Sequence record: SRR22947727_980
DNA length: 64,000 nucleotides
Reading direction: 5' to 3' (one strand)
This document shows positions 58,071-64,000 of the stretch, piece by piece; the first letter of the stretch is position 1; each line of letters starts with the position of its first letter. Position numbers and translations under genes: made by a program. The notes beneath the pieces were generated by a model. That model was not told the origin of the DNA and searched no databases. It was given only the letters and a program-made list of their open reading frames with translations.

Positions 58071-58520
58071 TTATTCGATACCTGGGGTTGTCATTGCCTT
58101 TAAGTAAATTAGTAAAGCAGTTCTGTCTTCTTGTTTTTTAATTCCTATAAAACTCATTCTGGTGCCCTCCATGAATTCATTAGGTTTTTGTATGTAGGCA
58201 TTTAAGGTTTCATTATCCCAAATTATGTCTGAATTGCGCATAGCTTTGGAGTAATTAAAGTTAGCTTTATTACCTGCTACTGCCCCATAAATATTCCAGA
58301 GATTTGGTCCAACTGTATTTTTTCCTTTGATATCTAATGAGTGGCAAGCCCTACACCTTTTATAAATTATTCTTCCTCGCTCAAATGGCGATAGTGTTAT
58401 TTCTTTTACAGATTTTGCTGTAGATACTTCAGACTGTCTTTCATTTATATCTGTTTCCTTGTCTGTATTATTACAAGAGGTAAACATCAAAACACTAATG
58501 AGTAACATAAATATTCGCAT
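58071..58520 (-). CDS. Class I cytochrome c (c2-like), probable lipoprotein
   Basis: CRACH heme motif, VGPNL, FNYSKAM, GTRMSF; lipobox-like FTSC. Confidence 0.92.
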   Translation of the reverse strand: MRIFMLLISVLMFTSCNNTDKETDINERQSEVSTAKSVKEITLSPFERGRIIYKRCRACHSLDIKGKNTVGPNLWNIYGAVAGNKANFNYSKAMRNSDIIWDNETLNAYIQKPNEFMEGTRMSFIGIKKQEDRTALLIYLKAMTTPGIE

Positions 58521-58679
58521 GATATTCCTTTAACAGATAAAGTTATATCTTATCATTGTGATTATGCTATTGAAAGGCTCAAATTTTTAAAAATAAAAAT
58601 TCAAAAATATAACGTGGCAAAATGGTACTTTATTTTTAAGTATTTTATGTGTCATATTACTTTTTTAGCAGAGGAAGAT

Positions 58680-60431
58680 ATGTCATTCACTCCACCAGTT
58701 AAATTGATAAAATTCTTAATCGAGCACAGTATTGATCTTGATAGCATATTGGGTATGCCAATATTCGAAGGGGTTAATATGGATCTGATAGGTGATGTTC
58801 TTTCGGCTGCCTCAAATTTTTCACAGAACAAATGGGCACCTCTAAATTGGTCTGGAGATCAAAATCCAGCAAAGTTAATTGATGGGCAGGTAATAAGCTC
58901 CCCTGGTTTCAAAGAGGCATACAAAGATTTTGTAGATGCTGAATGGCTCTCAATAGCAACTTCTACTGAAGTTGGCGGAATGGGGTTGCCTCAAGTTATT
59001 AAAGTTGGCACAGACGAAATGTTTTATGCTGCAAATATGGCTCTTGGATTATGTCCTATGTTAACTTCTAGTGCAGTAAAGGCAATATTAGCCCATGCCG
59101 AAAGCTCTATTAGAAACAAATATTTACCAAAAATGGTTTGTGGTGAATGGACTGGTGCTATGTGCTTAACTGAACCTCAAGCTGGATCTGATTTAGGTCC
59201 TGTTCGAACAAAGGCAGTAGATAATGGGGATGGAACATACTCAATTACAGGTCAGAAAATTTATATTACATGGGGTGATCATGATGTGGCTGATAATATA
59301 ATACATTTAGTATTAGCACGTTTGCCAGATGCTCCATTAGGATCGAAAGGAATATCTCTATTTTTGTGTCCTAAATTTATGGTCGATGAAAAGGGCGAGT
59401 TAGGTTCTAAAAATAGTTTTTCTGCAATTGGGCTTGAGCATAAATTAGGCATTCACGGGTCTCCAACATGTGTAATGGAATTCAGTTCTGCTAAAGGTTG
59501 GCTTATTGGGGAGGTAAATCAAGGCCTTTCTTGCATGTTCACCATGATGAATGAGGCTCGTTTATTTGTAGGAGTTCAAGGTGTTGCTATTGGTGAGCGA
59601 GCTTATCAAGCTGCATTACAATATTCGAATGATAGAGTACAAGGACGAACTATTTCTGGAAAAGATGCAATAATTGGACACCCTGATATTCGAAGAAGTT
59701 TAATGGATATGAAGGTTAAGTTATTAGGTGCTCGTGCGGTTTGTCTAGCTGCTGCTGCTGCTGGAGACATAGCAAGCCATTCAACTGATGAAGATATCCG
59801 AAAAAATGCACATGTACGTGAAGCTTTGTTAACACCGATAGCTAAGTCATATGGATCTGATATTGGTGTTGAAGTCAGCTCTATAGGCCTTCAGGTCCAT
59901 GGAGGCATGGGTTTTGTTGAAGAGACGGGTGCTGCACAACATTACAGAGATAGTAGAATTGCTCCGATATATGAAGGAACCAATGGAATTCAAGCAATTG
60001 ATTTGGTAGGAAGAAAATTAAGACGGGATGGTGGCTCAGGCATGCATGCTTTAATTGTAGATTTAAAGAAAATCTATGATTTAGCAAATGAGTCTTCATA
60101 TAACTTAACAGATTGTTCATCTGCACTTAAAGAGGGCATTCAAACATTAGAGCGTGCCACTGATATAATTCTTCAAGCAGATGAAATTGATGCATTATCT
60201 TCTGCTACGCCTTATCTAAATATTGTTGCAAGTGTAATATCTGGCGCATTTATCATTAAAGCAGTTGTAAATGGAGCAATCGTTGGTGATGAAAATACAG
60301 ACAACATGTTATCCCTTTGCAGATATCATGCAAAGTCTATCATGCCTATGGCTAAAAACTCTATTGAATTTTTAAGTAGTCCAAATAAGTTAGTTTTTGA
60401 TTTTCCGATGGAACAGCTTGCTGATTTGTGA
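58680..60431 (+). CDS. Long-form acyl-CoA dehydrogenase (DmdC/FadE-like family)
   Basis: MCLTEPQAGSDL, GQKIYITWGDHD, HLVLAR, EHKLGIHGSPTC, IYEGTNGIQAIDL; ATG at 58680 after GAGGA. Confidence 0.92.
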   Translation: MSFTPPVKLIKFLIEHSIDLDSILGMPIFEGVNMDLIGDVLSAASNFSQNKWAPLNWSGDQNPAKLIDGQVISSPGFKEAYKDFVDAEWLSIATSTEVGGMGLPQVIKVGTDEMFYAANMALGLCPMLTSSAVKAILAHAESSIRNKYLPKMVCGEWTGAMCLTEPQAGSDLGPVRTKAVDNGDGTYSITGQKIYITWGDHDVADNIIHLVLARLPDAPLGSKGISLFLCPKFMVDEKGELGSKNSFSAIGLEHKLGIHGSPTCVMEFSSAKGWLIGEVNQGLSCMFTMMNEARLFVGVQGVAIGERAYQAALQYSNDRVQGRTISGKDAIIGHPDIRRSLMDMKVKLLGARAVCLAAAAAGDIASHSTDEDIRKNAHVREALLTPIAKSYGSDIGVEVSSIGLQVHGGMGFVEETGAAQHYRDSRIAPIYEGTNGIQAIDLVGRKLRRDGGSGMHALIVDLKKIYDLANESSYNLTDCSSALKEGIQTLERATDIILQADEIDALSSATPYLNIVASVISGAFIIKAVVNGAIVGDENTDNMLSLCRYHAKSIMPMAKNSIEFLSSPNKLVFDFPMEQLADL

Positions 60432-60469
60432 TTCATACTTCATACGATGGCATAGCTATAGGAGTTCTT

Positions 60470-61288
60470 ATGTCAGCTCAAACAAATCTTAAAAGAATAA
60501 CCGCCCCGCAAATTACAGAAAGAAAAAATGGCAAACCAATTGTTTGTTTGACGGCCTATGATGCTCCGACAGCAAATATTTTAGACCAATTCTGTGATAT
60601 ATTATTAGTTGGTGATAGCGTAGGTATGGTAGTCCACGGATTGTCAACTACTGTAGGTGTAACTCTTGATATGATGATTTTGCACGGTCAAGCCGTGATG
60701 CGTGGATCACAAAAAGCACTCGTGGTAGTGGATTTACCATTTGGTTCCTATGAGGATAGTGTTGAAACAGCGTTTCGTAGTGCCTCTAGAGTTATGATGG
60801 AAACAGGTTGCAATGCAATTAAAATCGAAAGCGGTTCATATGCTGCTGAAACAATTAGCTATCTTGTTGAAAGAGGAATACCCGTTATGAGTCATGTGGG
60901 GCTTCGCCCACAAAGCATGAATGTATTAGGGGGCTTTCGAGCACGTGGTAGAAGAAAAGTGGTAGAAGATGAGATTATAGCCAATGCAATAGCTGCTGCT
61001 GATGCGGGATCTTTTGCTGTAGTTGTGGAGGGTACATCAGCTGAAATAGCAGAAAAAGTTACCAAATCAATCAAAATTCCTACTATTGGTATTGGTGCTT
61101 CTGAAAAGTGCGATGGTCAGATTTTAGTTACTCCTGATATGTTGGGGCAATTTGAGCGTGTGCCTAAATTTGTGAAAAAATTTGCAGATATGAAAGGTAT
61201 GATAGAAGGTGCTGCTAAAGAATATGCCGAACAGGTAAAGAATCGAAGTTTTCCAGCCGAGGTAAATACTTATAAATTTAAAAAATAA
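60470..61288 (+). CDS. panB: 3-methyl-2-oxobutanoate hydroxymethyltransferase
   Basis: LTAYD, LLVGDSVGMV, VDLPFGSY, HVGL.PQS, IGIGA..CDGQILV; ATG at 60470 after GGAG. Confidence 0.97.
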   Translation: MSAQTNLKRITAPQITERKNGKPIVCLTAYDAPTANILDQFCDILLVGDSVGMVVHGLSTTVGVTLDMMILHGQAVMRGSQKALVVVDLPFGSYEDSVETAFRSASRVMMETGCNAIKIESGSYAAETISYLVERGIPVMSHVGLRPQSMNVLGGFRARGRRKVVEDEIIANAIAAADAGSFAVVVEGTSAEIAEKVTKSIKIPTIGIGASEKCDGQILVTPDMLGQFERVPKFVKKFADMKGMIEGAAKEYAEQVKNRSFPAEVNTYKFKK

Positions 61289-61452
61289 AAAAAGTTTATT
61301 AGTTAATAAATAGCTTTTTCCTAAATTATTAATTAAAAAAGGATCTTTAAAAATAAATTACCATTATTACGTTAACTGTTGCGAAAATATTACTTGGAAG
61401 ATATGTTGACTTTTAGCAGAAATTCATTTTGCAATTTTCAAAAGGTTATTCA

Positions 61453-62169
61453 ATGGTTGATTTTATCAATGAAGTTGAAGAAGAGCTACGTAAGGATGAG
61501 TATAATCGACTTCTAAGACGTTATGGTCCGGTTTTATTATCGATTGTTATTATCGTTGTTATTATTGCTGGTTTTATTGAGTTCCGTAAATACTCAGAGG
61601 ATAAGGCAGCAAGAGCAACATCAGCTAGTTATGTAGCTGCATCGGACAAGGCTGCTGCTGGAGAAACTTTAACTGCAATATCAGATTTTTTATCATTATC
61701 TGAGGAAGCCCCTTCTGGCTATTCAGGCCTTGCCCTAATGCGCGCTGCAGCTCTTCAGTTAGAATCTGGAGATAAGACTGAAGCAGTCCGTATGTTGGAT
61801 AAAGCATCTATTAAATTTAGTTTACCTAGGCATGCGCAATTAGCAGAACTCAAAGCGGCTTATATACTTGCTAGTGATGGGAAACATTCAGATGTTATAA
61901 ATAGGCTAGGGCCTCTTGCCCAAAAAGATACTCCCTATGAGTTTTTAGCTCGTGAGCTATTGGGAATATCGGCACTAGCTTTGGATGATAAAAATATGGC
62001 TCGAGAACAATTTGGTTATCTGGAATTTATACCAGGTGTTCCAGCAAATATAAGGTCTAGAGCCAAGCAAAATCTTAGTCTAATGAAGGACAATGTAATT
62101 AACAGTGATGGAGCTGAAACTGTAAATGATACCAAATCTGTAAAAACTGAGAAAACTAATGAAAATTAA
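61453..62169 (+). CDS. YfgM-like TPR membrane protein (DUF2659 / TPR_21)
   Basis: DFINEVEEELRKD, one TM segment, helical Ala/Leu-rich C-terminus; conserved position before bamB-der. Confidence 0.85.
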   Translation: MVDFINEVEEELRKDEYNRLLRRYGPVLLSIVIIVVIIAGFIEFRKYSEDKAARATSASYVAASDKAAAGETLTAISDFLSLSEEAPSGYSGLALMRAAALQLESGDKTEAVRMLDKASIKFSLPRHAQLAELKAAYILASDGKHSDVINRLGPLAQKDTPYEFLARELLGISALALDDKNMAREQFGYLEFIPGVPANIRSRAKQNLSLMKDNVINSDGAETVNDTKSVKTEKTNEN

Positions 62170-63622
62170 ATTAATGAAATATTATTTTAGTATAATCTCA
62201 GTACTAATTTTGACTAGTTGTTCGACTATAAGTGGAATAGGTGACGCCGTAGGCTCAATTAATCCATTTGATAGGTCAGATGAAAAATCTAAGGCAGCTC
62301 AAGGTAAAGTCGCTGGAGAAACAGATAGGATATCTATTTTAGAATTAAATGAAACACTAAAGGAATCAGAAAATATAAAACCAGAACAAATTGTTTTGCC
62401 ACCTGCTTACTCAAATGTTAGCTGGCCCCAAGTTGGGGGTAATGCAGCTCATGCTTTACAGCACACAGATGCAAAAGGAAGTTTTCGTAAACTTTGGTCT
62501 AAAAGTACAGGTAAAGGTTCTAATCGAAAAGGAAGAGTTGTTGCTCCCCCTGTCACAGATGGTGGCTATATATATACTATGGATGGAAATAACTTAATTA
62601 CTGCTATGGACGTTATTTCAGGAAATAAATTATGGAAGTATAAGGTGGCTTTAACAGAACGGCAAAGAACACGTAAAGGAAGAGTGGGTGTTATAGAACG
62701 TGTTCGAGACCCTCTTTCACTTTTGGATGGATCAGGAACTGATAAAGAGTCTGTTGGCGGTGGTATCGCTGTAGAAAATGGGAAGTTATTTGTTACATCA
62801 GGATTGGGTGTGGTGAGCGGTTTAGATTCTAAGACCGGGGAAGAGATATGGCGTACTGTTACTAGAACCCCAATGCACTCTGCACCCACTTCTGCGGGTG
62901 GGCGTGTGTTTGCTGTTTCGGATGATAACGAATTATTTGCTTTCAACGCTGAAACTGGAGAAGTTATTTGGACTTATCAGGGAATAGTTGAAAGTGCTAG
63001 GATGCTAACTGCTCCCAGCCCTGCTGTCGTTGGGGATACAGTTATATCTGGTTTTGCTTCAGGTGAGTTAATAGCATTAAGAGTGCAAAATGGAAGTGTC
63101 CTTTGGCAAGATGCTCTATCTTCAGCAGGGCAATTAACACCCTTAGCCTCACTGAATGACATTGCTTCAGGACCAGTGGTGGATGATGGATATGTTATTG
63201 CATCAGCTCAGTCAGGAGTAACTAGTGCTTTTGATTTACGAACTGGACAGAGAATATGGACGCAGCCTGCTGGTTCGTTAAATTTTCCATTACTAGCTGG
63301 AGACTTTGTTTACCTAGCTATGACGGATGGTCGAATTATATGCATGTCTAAAACTGATGGTTCAGTAATTTGGATTAAACAGCTTCGATCTCACAAAAAC
63401 ATCAAGAAAAAGAAGAAACGCATATCTTATTCCGGTCCAATATTTGTGGGTGAAAGACTTATGGTCATGTCATCAAGAGGTAAAGCAATAACATTAAATC
63501 CTTATGATGGGACTATAATTGATGAATTTAAAGTTGGTGGAAATGTTTTTATTGCTCCGGTAATTGCGAATGAGACAGTATTTGTTATGACCAATTCTGC
63601 TAAACTTATCGCTTTCCGGTAG
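62159..63622 (+). CDS. bamB: PQQ-like beta-propeller lipoprotein, BamB
   Basis: Lipobox LTSC, repeated A.D..TG...W blades, yfgM-bamB-der synteny. Confidence 0.85.
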   Translation: MKIKLMKYYFSIISVLILTSCSTISGIGDAVGSINPFDRSDEKSKAAQGKVAGETDRISILELNETLKESENIKPEQIVLPPAYSNVSWPQVGGNAAHALQHTDAKGSFRKLWSKSTGKGSNRKGRVVAPPVTDGGYIYTMDGNNLITAMDVISGNKLWKYKVALTERQRTRKGRVGVIERVRDPLSLLDGSGTDKESVGGGIAVENGKLFVTSGLGVVSGLDSKTGEEIWRTVTRTPMHSAPTSAGGRVFAVSDDNELFAFNAETGEVIWTYQGIVESARMLTAPSPAVVGDTVISGFASGELIALRVQNGSVLWQDALSSAGQLTPLASLNDIASGPVVDDGYVIASAQSGVTSAFDLRTGQRIWTQPAGSLNFPLLAGDFVYLAMTDGRIICMSKTDGSVIWIKQLRSHKNIKKKKKRISYSGPIFVGERLMVMSSRGKAITLNPYDGTIIDEFKVGGNVFIAPVIANETVFVMTNSAKLIAFR

Positions 63623-63632
63623 TTATACAAAT

Positions 63633-64000
63633 ATGTCCATTGATTCAGGTAAGTTCAAGGATAATGAATCCAATTTAGAAACCCCCAGGGAGCTTCGACC
63701 TGCAAAAATTGCAATCGTTGGAAGACCTAATGTTGGAAAATCAACGATATTTAATCGTTTAGCAGGTAAGAAATTAGCGATTGTTAACGATACTCCTGGT
63801 GTAACAAGAGACATTCGTGAGGTAAGGTCAAAGCTTCGAGGCCATAATATGGTGCTGATGGATACTGCTGGTTTCGAGAATGCTAAAGGTCACAAAATTG
63901 AAGCTAAAATGCGAGCCCAAACTGAGTCGGCTGTGCTTGATGCTGATATCATTTTGTTTGTATATGATGCACGTGAGGGTGTTACCCCACTTGACCGTAC
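63633..64000 (+). CDS. der: Ribosome biogenesis GTPase Der (3' truncated by window edge)
   Basis: Manual translation from ATG 63633: ..[41 protein letters not shown]; not in the ORF track because there is no stop in the window. Confidence 0.95.
   Translation, partial: MSIDSGKFKDNESNLETPRELRPAKIAIVGRPNVGKSTIFNRLAGKKLAIVNDTPGVTRDIREVRSKLRGHNMVLMDTAGFENAKGHKIEAKMRAQTESAVLDADIILFVYDAREGVTPLDR

Noticed and set aside
1818-63814. Many short antisense or alternative-frame ORFs in the ORF track (e.g. 1818-2111, 14240-14662, 30592-31107, 51848-52276, 62566-62946, 63623-63814)
   Set aside because: They lie within well-supported genes on the opposite strand or in another frame and have no recognisable motifs; treated as shadow ORFs.
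1-64000. CRISPR arrays, IS elements, prophage, rRNA, riboswitches
   Set aside because: No regularly spaced repeats, transposase, integrase or phage ORFs were seen. Intergenic gaps are too short for rRNA and none showed a riboswitch pattern I could recognise by eye.

Overview
A gene-dense, AT-rich chromosomal segment from an alphaproteobacterium, most likely a Caulobacterales/Hyphomonadales-type and possibly streamlined marine lineage. This placement is inferred from gene content, gene order and a tRNA-His lacking G-1 with an A73 discriminator. Most of the window is housekeeping: glyQS-ppdK, nadABC, parE, glnE, lspA, mutL, rsmD, glmU-rpiA-gor, coaD-ppi-ppi-queA-tgt, an arginine succinyltransferase operon, NAD kinase, panB, yfgM-bamB-der, and tRNA-Lys and tRNA-His. 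I saw no mobile elements, CRISPR arrays or rRNA. The most notable region is an 11-gene divergent cluster at 28.75-40.3 kb that resembles the Caulobacter ceramide / ceramide-phosphoglycerate (bcerS/cpg) locus but is arranged differently. It encodes a Tam41-like nucleotidyltransferase, a lipid kinase, a second LptF/LptG pair, a DUF2141 protein, a bCerS-like GNAT, two nucleotidyltransferases, a single 828-aa fusion of a Wzx-type flippase to a CDP-alcohol phosphotransferase, a HAD phosphatase and an AspH/LpxO-like hydroxylase, with no spt, ACP or cerR inside the cluster. Other points of interest: the glnE frame stays open for 119 codons upstream of its first canonical start codon, a GANTC-containing palindrome lies upstream of parE, and an M20 hydrolase occupies the ast operon where astE might be expected. 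All family calls come from motif recognition by eye; no searches were run.
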